Source: Bacteroidota bacterium
GTDB taxonomy: Bacteria; Bacteroidota; Bacteroidia; Flavobacteriales_D; Crocinitomicaceae
Length of the DNA stretch: 54,843 nt
Direction of reading: 5' to 3'
Assembly: GCA_006227105.1 (NCBI GenBank)
Contig: SBFR01000200.1
Coordinates: 1-54,843, forward strand
Part shown: piece by piece, positions 37,252-46,431 of the stretch
How the letters are laid out: every line of letters begins with the position of its first letter
Numbering within the stretch: the stretch's first letter is position 1
Program-made: the position numbers and the translations under genes
The notes under the pieces: generated by a model
Database searches by the model: none
What the model was told of the DNA's origin: nothing
What the model saw: the letters and a program-made list of their open reading frames with translations, nothing else

Positions 37252-39320
37252 AACGAGATCCTTAGCTGAACGGTAATATCACTCTTTACGGAACCCTTAA
37301 TCTCTTCGGCACCGGAACCTATTGACGTTCGATTGGCATAGATAAAGTTTCCATACCTTACCCAAAGATCGAATTTTCGTAAGAAGGAATATCTGACAAG
37401 CACATATGCCCTACTTCCTCGGTAATAATATGCAGGAACAGCAAAGGTATACAAGGCATTATTTTCATAAGTATAGATCCTGGTGTCATAACTATCCGTA
37501 TCAAATAAGGCATACCGAAGAGATACATCAAGCGGAAAACTTTTGGGTTTAAACAATACGTCTTGAGTAAAGATCATCCCACTTTCTTTTTCATTACTGA
37601 GGCGGTCTATCGTCACATACTCTATCCTACTTTTAATCGTAATAAATTCTGAAACAGCGTACGATAGATTTATTCGATAATTTCTTTGTTGAACATCTTC
37701 TATTGGAGTGATATCAAATTCATTTCGACTATTTTTTTGTCTTAGTTGCTGTCGATAACGTCCGTAGATCTCTAATTGTTTGTTCGGCTTATAGGTTGGT
37801 TGGATCATGATCTCATGTCCCGCTGAGGGTGCATCGACCTGATACTTCATCCATGGAAAAGAAAAAACATCTGCATAAGCATTGATAGACCATGAGCTAT
37901 TCAGCTTTAATTTGGTTCCAAAGTAGATCCCTTTTTCATTCTGGGTCTGACTTCCCTCGGCAAATCCGGCATTATAAAATGTTTGATACGCCCTGTCGTA
38001 ATTGCGATAGACCAAGGCAAACGAAGCTCTCGAATCCATTGAAAACAGAACACCGTGCAAATGAGCCCAAACTTTATTGTACGTCGAAAAAGATGATTCT
38101 CCGAAGAAATTAAAATTGCGTTTAACCAAATTATAATCACCTGATATTGACATCATTTGATCCCCTCTAAAATCAAATTGATTGTATGGTAAAGTGTCTC
38201 GACTCAACACTTTATCATATCCTTGATAGACTGCCGCTACTCCAGCCGAAAAGGCACGTTTACGAAATTTCAAATTTCCGCCTCCGATATATTCAGTCAA
38301 AGTGTTTTTTCGGCTGATCTCACTATTTGTTCTATGTAATCCTGAAAGATTGATCGAGCTAATGAATTCCAGATCATCCAATATGGAGTCCTGTACAGCA
38401 CTACCATCCAGTTTTTTCATACTTCCAAAGGTTAAAAGTGACCAACTTTTATATCCTGTTTCGACAGCAGCTCCTCTCATGAATCGAGCCTCATCAACCG
38501 ATGTATATGGACGTAATGGTTGAGCTGTTTTTTTTACATTAGTCACATCAGCAGTTTTCCCGAAAGCATATCCGCTCCAAAAATTAACTCCCTGACCAAT
38601 TTGCACCTGATAATCCCCCAAAGCCACGGCTCTTACATATTTACCCCCTTTAAAGAAAGCGTGAGCTGAGTAAAAGTCAAAGCCATTTTTATTTGCTCCT
38701 TTGAAGAAGGTCTCACCGGGATCTTTCTCAGCAGTCAGACCAATCGAAATATTCGTTTTGTAGGAATATCTTAATCTAGAATAATATCGATCGGCATTCC
38801 CGTAATAAAATGAATTGCTTGATTGCAATATACTGTCAGGAACATTTGAGTAACCATTCTTTTCTTGTGGTGTAGTCTGGTATCGAAGGAACCATTCGAA
38901 TTTTCCTTCTTTCATAGCTTCTTTGAAAGTAATATGAATATTATCCAGTTTATCATCCACTTTCACAAATGGCATAACCAGCCTGATCGTTTCAAGATCC
39001 CAATATTTTAGAGACTGAAGCTCATATACCGAAATCAGCTTTCCATAAAGTTTTATGTGCAACAACAGATCATAGATTTGAACATCAGTTAAAAGATTCA
39101 ATTCTTCCAATTGATCAAATTGAGCATTATTCAAATTGATCTTATTGTCAAAATAGTAGTTGAGCTGTTCGATCACATTTGTGAGATCAATATCTTCCGA
39201 TTCAAGCTGTTCAGAAATAAACTCTATTCTTTGTTGAATGATCTCCGACCTCTCCTGCCCAAACAATGAAACTGAAGTAACAAGATACACTGTAAATGCT
39301 ATGTGGATCCTCCAAATCAA
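37248..39320 (-). CDS. Uncharacterised 690-aa protein: signal peptide + ComEA-like (degenerate helix-hairpin-helix) segment + large predicted outer-membrane beta-barrel
   Basis: N-terminus hydrophobic (AFTVYLVTSVSLFGQ). Residues ~60-120, INLNNAQFDQLEELNLLTDVQIYDLLLHIKLYGKLISVYELQSLKYWDLETIRLVMPFV, follow the ComEA spacing (N.A...L..L....I..Y....G.F.S..EL....I......I). The remaining ~560 aa have an alternating amphipathic pattern rich in Y/G/S/N and end ...ITVQLRISF. Confidence 0.55.
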   Translation of the reverse strand: MIWRIHIAFTVYLVTSVSLFGQERSEIIQQRIEFISEQLESEDIDLTNVIEQLNYYFDNKINLNNAQFDQLEELNLLTDVQIYDLLLHIKLYGKLISVYELQSLKYWDLETIRLVMPFVKVDDKLDNIHITFKEAMKEGKFEWFLRYQTTPQEKNGYSNVPDSILQSSNSFYYGNADRYYSRLRYSYKTNISIGLTAEKDPGETFFKGANKNGFDFYSAHAFFKGGKYVRAVALGDYQVQIGQGVNFWSGYAFGKTADVTNVKKTAQPLRPYTSVDEARFMRGAAVETGYKSWSLLTFGSMKKLDGSAVQDSILDDLEFISSINLSGLHRTNSEISRKNTLTEYIGGGNLKFRKRAFSAGVAAVYQGYDKVLSRDTLPYNQFDFRGDQMMSISGDYNLVKRNFNFFGESSFSTYNKVWAHLHGVLFSMDSRASFALVYRNYDRAYQTFYNAGFAEGSQTQNEKGIYFGTKLKLNSSWSINAYADVFSFPWMKYQVDAPSAGHEIMIQPTYKPNKQLEIYGRYRQQLRQKNSRNEFDITPIEDVQQRNYRINLSYAVSEFITIKSRIEYVTIDRLSNEKESGMIFTQDVLFKPKSFPLDVSLRYALFDTDSYDTRIYTYENNALYTFAVPAYYYRGSRAYVLVRYSFLRKFDLWVRYGNFIYANRTSIGSGAEEIKGSVKSDITVQLRISF

Positions 39321-40132
39321 TTCTCAGGAGAATAGGTCAAAGAAAAATGAGGTGACCACCCCAATTGTTGATGATATGCACTTCCCAGATCAAGCTGGAT
39401 CATTTTCCATTTATAACCGAAGCCAAAAGAAATTTCAATCGGATTCGTAGCAAAACCTGCTCTTACATAAAATTTTCTCAAGGCCTCATATTCCATACCC
39501 GCTTTGGCCCTTAGCGCATAATCGAGATCTTTCTCTGCTTCTGCAACAAAGAGTAGTTTATCTGATACCTTATATCTCGTCCCCAATCGCATTAAAGCTG
39601 TAAACCTGTCATTTTGATAAGACGATAGTTTGGATCGTCCAACATTAAAAGCACTGAATCCCAGTGACCATTTATCTGTGAGCTCTGCCATTATGCCTAC
39701 TTCGGCTGTAACCGCATTTTTTGAACCGTAAGCCTCAGTTAAACGTAACCCTTGATAGCTTAGCTGAACACCCATCGAAAGTTTTTCTGACAATAACATG
39801 GAATATCCTACTCCTGCCCTTGTTGATCTGTAAAGTTGATATCCATAAAATTGCCCACCAACGGATATTACTCCCTTCTTTAGCGGAATGGCCACAACCA
39901 TACTTTGTGACTGCAATTCTTTTAATAGAAATCTGTTTTCGTAGGAAATACCTCCTTGAAGGGTGTTTATTTCTGACAATCCAGCTGGATTATGATGAAA
40001 AGCCCAAACATCTGTTAATGCAACGGACGCATTCCCCATTGAGTTTGACCTTGCTCCAACAGGCATCCAGCCTTGGGCAAATCCTGAAAGAGTGCAAAAA
40101 AATAATAGTAGCTGAAAAAGTGTTTTCATCAA
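39317..40132 (-). CDS. PorV/PorQ/FadL-like small outer-membrane beta-barrel protein
   Basis: Signal peptide (TLSGFAQG). N-terminal motif GARSNSMGNASVALTDVWAFHHNPAGL resembles the 'GAR..GMG.A..A..D......NPA' motif of PorV/FadL-like barrels. Its stop overlaps the downstream start by 4 nt. Confidence 0.45.
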   Translation of the reverse strand: MMKTLFQLLLFFCTLSGFAQGWMPVGARSNSMGNASVALTDVWAFHHNPAGLSEINTLQGGISYENRFLLKELQSQSMVVAIPLKKGVISVGGQFYGYQLYRSTRAGVGYSMLLSEKLSMGVQLSYQGLRLTEAYGSKNAVTAEVGIMAELTDKWSLGFSAFNVGRSKLSSYQNDRFTALMRLGTRYKVSDKLLFVAEAEKDLDYALRAKAGMEYEALRKFYVRAGFATNPIEISFGFGYKWKMIQLDLGSAYHQQLGWSPHFSLTYSPEN

Positions 40133-40148
40133 CTTAAAGATAGAAAAA

Positions 40149-40610
40149 TCAATTTTCCAATAACAACCTTTTCACGGAAGGCGCAATGGATTTATCAACA
40201 TAATCTGAATAATCCATGTAAAGCCACTGTTGTCCATTGTCAGTGCTGATAGCCACAAATTTAAACGTATCCTTCACTTCAGAACTGAACATATGCTCAA
40301 CGGATTGAGATGTATATAACACATGGATCTCGTCATCACTTTTTTTGATTTGTTCAATACTGGCATCACTGATCGAAAATTCACTTGGGCTCAATTCAAA
40401 CTTTTTTATGAACGAAGAATCCCCCAACGATTTATAATAACGAATGACTTCTGGATGCGTTTTAGAAACATACATAAGAATGGCTCCATTTTGCCGTGCG
40501 GCCAAGTAGCTTTGGGTGCTTTCATTCAATTCGGCCTCCTGTTCACTATTTAATGTACAAGCGAAAAGAAAAACCAAAAGAAATGGGATGAATACAGTTA
40601 CGACTTTCAT
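40149..40610 (-). CDS. Hypothetical lipoprotein
   Basis: Lipobox (VFLFAC). No recognised family. The ATG shares one base with the upstream TAA (TAATG). Confidence 0.5.
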   Translation of the reverse strand: MKVVTVFIPFLLVFLFACTLNSEQEAELNESTQSYLAARQNGAILMYVSKTHPEVIRYYKSLGDSSFIKKFELSPSEFSISDASIEQIKKSDDEIHVLYTSQSVEHMFSSEVKDTFKFVAISTDNGQQWLYMDYSDYVDKSIAPSVKRLLLEN

Positions 40611-40846
40611 TAGGTATTTTTTGCTTTTTCAAATTCTATTTTACTGATCTCACAAAAAGGAGCTTCGCAACGCAGCATATCCATGATCCTCAATTTTTCA
40701 GGATACTGTACAGCTTTCACTTGATGAATCCACTTTTTTTTCCCTATGAGTTGAACTTCTGTGAATTCTTCATTGTTTATAATTTCATAGTATGCTTTAC
40801 CATTGGAGATCATTCGGTATTGCGGAAAGTCAGTATTTTTATCCAT
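40610..40846 (-). CDS. Small hypothetical cytoplasmic protein (78 aa from ATG 40846; the ORF track extends to 40876)
   Basis: ORF only. No recognised family. The start is chosen to avoid overlapping the divergent TPR gene. Confidence 0.35.
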   Translation of the reverse strand: MDKNTDFPQYRMISNGKAYYEIINNEEFTEVQLIGKKKWIHQVKAVQYPEKLRIMDMLRCEAPFCEISKIEFEKAKNT

Positions 40847-40862
40847 ACAAAGCGAAAATAAA

Positions 40863-41489
40863 ATGTTTGCCAACAAATTGCACGAAAAAGCACACGAATT
40901 ATTGCGCGATCAAAAATATGAAGAATCAATTTCCTTTTTTGATAAGGCTTTAATCGAAAATCCTGAGCATCCGGATATCTACTCCGATAGAGGTGTGGCT
41001 TTTCTGCATTTGAAATTAAAGGAGAAATCACTGGATGATTTTGAAATGGCCTTGGAAATGCAACCCTCATACAGTTTCAGATATGCAGCCAGAGCTTATG
41101 CCAAAGATTTCTTCGGGGATACTGAAGGTGCTATTGAAGATTATGAAAAAGCACTGGAGCTTGATCCTGACGACGCAGTTTCGTACAATAACCTTGGGCT
41201 ACTGCAAGAAAAGCTGGGGTATAAAAAACAGGCGCAGGATAATTTTGAACGTGCCGATCAACTTTCAAAACAAGAAAACCATTTGTATCAGATCATGGAT
41301 GATCTTGAAGGTAATTCTGTTGAACCAGCTGTAAAAAATGATTCTCCCACAGAACATCAAACGATCGACCCAAATGCAACGCGAGAAAGAAACATCTCTA
41401 CTTTTCGTGAATTTTCAAGGATATTCACTTCAAGAAAACAATTCACTGAATTCCTTAAGTTTCTGAAAAACGGATTAAAAATCAAATAA
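40863..41489 (+). CDS. TPR-repeat protein
   Basis: Three or four TPR units (YEESISFFDKALIENPEHPDIYSDRG..., ...ALEMQPSYSFRY..., AIEDYEKALELDPDDAVSYNNLG...). ATG at 40863 is preferred over 40803. Confidence 0.7.
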   Translation: MFANKLHEKAHELLRDQKYEESISFFDKALIENPEHPDIYSDRGVAFLHLKLKEKSLDDFEMALEMQPSYSFRYAARAYAKDFFGDTEGAIEDYEKALELDPDDAVSYNNLGLLQEKLGYKKQAQDNFERADQLSKQENHLYQIMDDLEGNSVEPAVKNDSPTEHQTIDPNATRERNISTFREFSRIFTSRKQFTEFLKFLKNGLKIK

Positions 41490-41496
41490 ATCGACT

Positions 41497-42081
41497 TTGA
41501 GTTCAATTGATCTTTCTTTTACAAGTGCAAAATCACCGAAGGCAGGAAAAATTCTGATCAGTGATCCATTTCTTGATGAAGATTATTTCAGAAGATCAGT
41601 GATCCTTCTTTGCAACCATGATGAAGAAGGAAGTTTCGGACTAGTACTCAATAACTATGTAGATATTGATTTACATCAATTAGAGGCAACCTTTCCTGAT
41701 ATTAAGGCAAGAATAAGCATTGGCGGCCCTGTGGATACTCAAAATTTATTTTTTATCCACACCTATAGCGACCTGAAAGATTCACTTGAAATTCGTGAAG
41801 GTTTATTTTTTGGAGGTCGATACGATTATCTTCTCGAAGAAATTAAAAAAGACCCCATTATCGGTGCCACTAAGGCTAGATTCTTTCTTGGATATTCTGG
41901 ATGGTCTAAAGATCAGTTAAAAAGTGAGATCAAAGAAAACTCGTGGATCGTTGCAGAGAACATTTCTAATGGAGAAATCATGAGAACCACCGATGATGAT
42001 TTGTGGAAATCTTTTCTATCGAAACAAGGGAAGCGCTTTAAAACTATTTCTAATTTTCCGATCAATCCAAACGATAATTGA
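41497..42081 (+). CDS. YqgE/AlgH-family protein (UPF0301)
   Basis: GKILISDPFLDEDYFRRSVILLCNHDEEGSFGLVLN...GGPV...GYSGW..GQL..E is the family signature. It has an apparent TTG start. Confidence 0.8.
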   Translation: MSSIDLSFTSAKSPKAGKILISDPFLDEDYFRRSVILLCNHDEEGSFGLVLNNYVDIDLHQLEATFPDIKARISIGGPVDTQNLFFIHTYSDLKDSLEIREGLFFGGRYDYLLEEIKKDPIIGATKARFFLGYSGWSKDQLKSEIKENSWIVAENISNGEIMRTTDDDLWKSFLSKQGKRFKTISNFPINPNDN

Positions 42082-42093
42082 CAATCATCCGAA

Positions 42094-42489
42094 ATGAAAA
42101 GAACTCATTTTGTCCTACTTATTTTAGCTGCTTTTTTATTTGTACTTCCGGGATGTAAGAAGAAGTTGTTTGACCGTCGAAATAAATATATTGGAGATTA
42201 TACCTTCACTTATTCTTACCATTATTTTCAAGGTGGAACACTGATCGACACCTCAATTTTTTACAGCGGTTCAATCGATTATGGAAGCAAAGGGGAAATA
42301 CGGGTGAGCTGGGTTGACGGCACCGATAAAACGCTTGGAGTGGATAAAAATGGGGTCCTCACCCTGTGCAATAAAAAAGTAGGTAATATCAATGAAAGCC
42401 ACATTGGCTTTTCGCATGATGAAAATGTCTGCGAACCATTATTAGGAAATTCTGGATATACGCACAGTCTTTCAGGAGACAAACTCTAG
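42094..42489 (+). CDS. Hypothetical lipoprotein
   Basis: Lipobox (FVLPGC). No recognised family. Confidence 0.5.
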   Translation: MKRTHFVLLILAAFLFVLPGCKKKLFDRRNKYIGDYTFTYSYHYFQGGTLIDTSIFYSGSIDYGSKGEIRVSWVDGTDKTLGVDKNGVLTLCNKKVGNINESHIGFSHDENVCEPLLGNSGYTHSLSGDKL

Positions 42490-42552
42490 CATCGTTAAGT
42501 TCTTCGTTAATAACTCCTTTCAGACAAGGTTCATTTGCCCTTTAAATCAATT

Positions 42553-42560
42553 TATTTTTG
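42553..42560 (+). promoter_or_regulatory. -7 promoter box TATTTTTG, 18 nt upstream of the rarA ATG
   Basis: Exact TAnnTTTG match. It overlaps the ORF-track TTG start at 42558, which argues for ATG at 42579. Confidence 0.5.
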
Positions 42561-42578
42561 GGATATAATAAATTGAGC

Positions 42579-43856
42579 ATGAGTTTTCAGGTACCACTTG
42601 CAGAAAGGATGCGTCCAAAAAATCTAGACGAGTATATCGGTCAAGAACACCTGCTTGAAAAAAATGCCCCCTTACGAAGAGCACTTGATTCAGGGATGAT
42701 CCCCTCCATGATCTTCTGGGGACCTCCGGGTGTTGGAAAAACTACCCTTGCCAATCTTATTGCAACTCAACTCAAAAGACCTTTTTACACACTTTCAGCC
42801 ATCTCATCTGGTGTCAAAGACGTGAGGGAGATCATTCAAAGAGTTGAACAAGGTGGTATGTTTACTCAAAGCGGAGCGATCTTGTTTATTGATGAAATTC
42901 ATCGTTTTTCAAAATCACAGCAAGACTCTTTATTGGCAGCTGTCGAGAAAGGTATTATTACCCTGATCGGAGCTACAACTGAGAACCCTTCCTTCGAAGT
43001 TATTTCTGCTTTGCTTTCGAGGTGCCAAGTATACACATTAAGACATCACACAAAAGACGACCTTCTTCATTTATTGAACAAAGCGATAAGCGAAGATGCT
43101 TTCTTGAAACAAAAGAACATCAGACTGGAGGAAACGGATGGACTTTTAGCCATATCAGGTGGTGATGCTCGGAAATTATTAAATGTTTTTGAGATCATAA
43201 TAGGGACATTCGGGACCCAAAATGAAATAACAATCAATAATAAGATCGTTCAGGAGACTGCCCAGCAAAGTCTTGCAATGTATGATAAGGACGGTGAGCA
43301 GCATTACGACATTATCTCAGCATTTATTAAAAGTATTCGTGGAAGTGACCCCAATGCTGCCGTTTACTGGCTTGCAAGAATGGTAGAAGGAGGAGAAGAC
43401 CCTAAGTTCATTGCGAGAAGATTGATCATTTCAGCTTCTGAAGACATAGGCCTGGCAAATCCTAACGCATTGCTGATGGCAAACAATTGTTTCCAAGCTG
43501 TACAAGTGATCGGATGGCCCGAATCTCGTATTATTCTGGCACAATGCACAATTTATCTGGCCTCTTCTCCAAAAGGGAACGGCGCTTATATGGCTATAAA
43601 TAATGCACAGGCTGAAGTTCGGAAAAGTGGCAATCTACCAGTTCCATTGCCGCTCCGAAACGCTCCGACAGCACTTATGAAAGAACTTGGGTATGGCGAA
43701 GGCTATTTATACTCTCACGATCATCCAGGAAATTTCGCCTATCAGGAATTTATGCCGGAAGCAATTTCTTCCATGAAATTCTATCAACCGGGAAGCAGCA
43801 AGAAAGAAAAAGAAATCGAAGACATCATCAAACAATTGTGGAAGGATAAATATTGA
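42579..43856 (+). CDS. rarA: Replication-associated recombination protein A (AAA+ ATPase)
   Basis: PLAERMRPKNLDEYIGQEHL, Walker A GPPGVGKTTLA, FIDEIHRF, GATTENPSFEV, and the C-terminal MgsA domain (YDKDGEQHYD..SAFIKS.RGSDP.AA.YWLARM). Confidence 0.9.
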   Translation: MSFQVPLAERMRPKNLDEYIGQEHLLEKNAPLRRALDSGMIPSMIFWGPPGVGKTTLANLIATQLKRPFYTLSAISSGVKDVREIIQRVEQGGMFTQSGAILFIDEIHRFSKSQQDSLLAAVEKGIITLIGATTENPSFEVISALLSRCQVYTLRHHTKDDLLHLLNKAISEDAFLKQKNIRLEETDGLLAISGGDARKLLNVFEIIIGTFGTQNEITINNKIVQETAQQSLAMYDKDGEQHYDIISAFIKSIRGSDPNAAVYWLARMVEGGEDPKFIARRLIISASEDIGLANPNALLMANNCFQAVQVIGWPESRIILAQCTIYLASSPKGNGAYMAINNAQAEVRKSGNLPVPLPLRNAPTALMKELGYGEGYLYSHDHPGNFAYQEFMPEAISSMKFYQPGSSKKEKEIEDIIKQLWKDKY

Positions 43857-43857
43857 T

Positions 43858-44775
43858 ATGGCAGCTCTTGTATTTTACATATTTGTTTTGCCTCTCTCCT
43901 ACTTGCCACTGGGATTTTCTTACTTATTGGCAGACTTGTTTTATTTGATCCTTATTACTGTTTTTCCATACCGAAAAAAGGTCATCGAGGGTAATTTGAA
44001 AAGATCATTCCCAGGATTAACACCTGCTGAAATTCTTAAATTAAAAAGAAGATTTTACAGACACTTTTCGGATATTTTAATTGAAGGAATTAAAAACCTT
44101 AGTATTTCAAAACGTGAATTGAATAGAAGGTTCACTGTGAAGAACCCTGAACTAATGCAAGAATTGTACGCAAAAAACAAAAGCGTAATTCTCGTTTCAG
44201 GTCATTACAACAATTGGGAATGGCTGATCACCTCACAATCCTTTTTGTTCCCTCACAAAGCGTATGGTATAGGAATGCCAATGAGCAGCAAATTCTGGGA
44301 TAAAAAGATAAATTCTTTGCGTCAGCGATTTGGAATGAAGGTGATTCATTCAGGGAATTTCAAAGAAGCTATCGAGGAATCAGATGAGCCAATTGCAATT
44401 CTAACCCTTGCAGATCAATCTCCTGGGGACTCCCACAAAAGCTATTGGATGAATTTCTTGAATCAGCAATCGGCTATCCTATATGGCCCTGAATACATGG
44501 CGATCAAGTACAACATGGCTGTCGTTGGATTCATAATCCGAAAAGTAAAACGTGGACACTATGAAATGGAACTAAAATTGATATGTGATGATCCCATAAA
44601 AACCAAATGGGGAGAGATTACTGAAGAACACATTAAAATGTTAGAGACAGCGATTATTGAAAAACCGGAACAATGGATCTGGTCACACAAAAGATGGAAA
44701 AGGGATGTCCCGACAGACATGGATAAACTAAGACAAAAACAGTATGAGAAATTTGAACAATTGGCTAATCGTTAG
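43858..44775 (+). CDS. Lysophospholipid/lipid A (LpxL/HtrB-like) acyltransferase family protein
   Basis: N-terminal TM segment. Active-site-like SGHYNNWEW. About 300 aa, typical for the family. Confidence 0.7.
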   Translation: MAALVFYIFVLPLSYLPLGFSYLLADLFYLILITVFPYRKKVIEGNLKRSFPGLTPAEILKLKRRFYRHFSDILIEGIKNLSISKRELNRRFTVKNPELMQELYAKNKSVILVSGHYNNWEWLITSQSFLFPHKAYGIGMPMSSKFWDKKINSLRQRFGMKVIHSGNFKEAIEESDEPIAILTLADQSPGDSHKSYWMNFLNQQSAILYGPEYMAIKYNMAVVGFIIRKVKRGHYEMELKLICDDPIKTKWGEITEEHIKMLETAIIEKPEQWIWSHKRWKRDVPTDMDKLRQKQYEKFEQLANR

Positions 44776-45784
44776 TCTGTCATTACTGACTTTAAACGTT
44801 CTGAATGCTCAGGAAAACAAGTATACCAGAAAGAATAAAACTGCAGATACGATCCAGTACACCACTGATAAATGCTACTCAAGGAGCATTAAGGTAAAGG
44901 ATGGATTTCTGTATGCTGCTAATTCCAATGGAAGCCTTTATAGAATTGACCTTCAATCTGGATTATCCGTGAATTTAATGGAGAATAAAAAGTTTGAGGA
45001 AATGCGTGATCTGGAGATCGTCGGGGACACACTAATAGGAATGCAAAGCGGCTCTTATGGGGTACTGGCAATTCTGGACAATACCCAATTTCTTGATTAC
45101 GTTATCCCAAGTGGAAACATCTGGCACTCTGTTTTTCTTGACGGAATTGACTTTAAAGGAAAAACCGGCTTTGTAATGGGAGACCCGAGAAAGAACATTT
45201 TTACGCTTTCTTTTAGCGAAGACGGAGGTCAGACATGGCATGCTTGTGAAGGGAAGATCGAAGCAATGGAAGGAGAAGCTGGATTTGCGGCAAGTGGCAC
45301 AAATGTTCAGGTACTCAATGATTCTACCTTTGTTTTTGTGAGTGGAGGTAAAAAAAGTAGATTTTTTATGACCCATGATAAAGGCCAAACCTGGAAACAA
45401 ACATCCCTTCCCTATCTGACCAGTCTCACAAGTGGAGCATTTTCCATTTTTATGAAGGATTCACTGAATGGAGTTATTGTCGGAGGAGATTTTGCCAATC
45501 CAGACCTAAATCTGAATACAGCATTTTTCACGGATGACGGAGGTGAATTCTGGATCAATGCAGAAAAGCAACCCCGTGGTTACAGGTCTTGCGTACATCA
45601 CAATGGTGATGTCCTGTACGCCTGTGGAACTAATGGAATTGATATTTCCTTTGATATGGGACGAGAATGGATTCCGTTTGCTCATGGGAACTTTTTCTCT
45701 ATGACCTCAGACGACAAGTACCTTTATGCTACTATACCGAACGGAAGGATCGTGATCTTTGAACTGGTAGATTCGAAAAATTGA
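44744..45784 (+). CDS. Secreted BNR/Ycf48-like beta-propeller protein
   Basis: Signal peptide. Repeated Asp-box-like motifs SEDGGQTW, THDKGQTW, TDDGGEFW, SFDMGREW. Confidence 0.65.
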   Translation: MRNLNNWLIVSLSLLTLNVLNAQENKYTRKNKTADTIQYTTDKCYSRSIKVKDGFLYAANSNGSLYRIDLQSGLSVNLMENKKFEEMRDLEIVGDTLIGMQSGSYGVLAILDNTQFLDYVIPSGNIWHSVFLDGIDFKGKTGFVMGDPRKNIFTLSFSEDGGQTWHACEGKIEAMEGEAGFAASGTNVQVLNDSTFVFVSGGKKSRFFMTHDKGQTWKQTSLPYLTSLTSGAFSIFMKDSLNGVIVGGDFANPDLNLNTAFFTDDGGEFWINAEKQPRGYRSCVHHNGDVLYACGTNGIDISFDMGREWIPFAHGNFFSMTSDDKYLYATIPNGRIVIFELVDSKN

Positions 45785-46425
45785 ATTTTTCAAAAAAAAT
45801 AGAAACCATCGTTAAAGGTCATTTTGCAGATGACCCAACGGGCCATGACTGGCATCATATTGATCGAGTTAGAAACATGGCTCTATTTCTTCAAGAAAAC
45901 GAAGGCGGTGATCGGGAAATTGTAGAAATAGCAGCTTTACTTCATGACATTTCCGATCATAAATTGAACGGAGGTATCTTAAACGACAACGGTAGAGCTT
46001 CAAAAGAAATCCTTGAATCTATTGATTATCCAAATGATCGAATAGAAAAAATAATTGCTATTGTTGACGCGGTTTCTTTTAAAGGAGCCGGTCAAGACGA
46101 CTCTGTAGGATCAATAGAGCTCAATATTGTAAGGGATGCTGATCGACTTGACGCTATTGGAGCAATCGGAATAGCCCGGGCTTTTGCATATGGAGGCCAT
46201 AAAAACAGACCCATTTATGATCCTTCGATTTCCTCTGAATTTCACGACAATTTTGAACAATACGCCAACTCAAAAAGCCATACCATAAATCATTTCTACG
46301 AAAAATTATTACTTTTAAAAAATCGGTTAAGCACTCCTACAGCAAGGAAAATCGGAGAACATCGACACAAGTACATGGAGGAATTTTTAACAGAATTCCT
46401 TAACGACTGGAACTTAAAAGGTTAA
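45781..46425 (+). CDS. HD-domain phosphohydrolase (YedJ-like)
   Basis: HDWHHIDRV...AALLHDISD...RDADRLDAIGAIG. The TTG start overlaps the upstream TGA (TTGA). Confidence 0.75.
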   Translation: MNFSKKIETIVKGHFADDPTGHDWHHIDRVRNMALFLQENEGGDREIVEIAALLHDISDHKLNGGILNDNGRASKEILESIDYPNDRIEKIIAIVDAVSFKGAGQDDSVGSIELNIVRDADRLDAIGAIGIARAFAYGGHKNRPIYDPSISSEFHDNFEQYANSKSHTINHFYEKLLLLKNRLSTPTARKIGEHRHKYMEEFLTEFLNDWNLKG

Positions 46426-46431
46426 CTTTTT

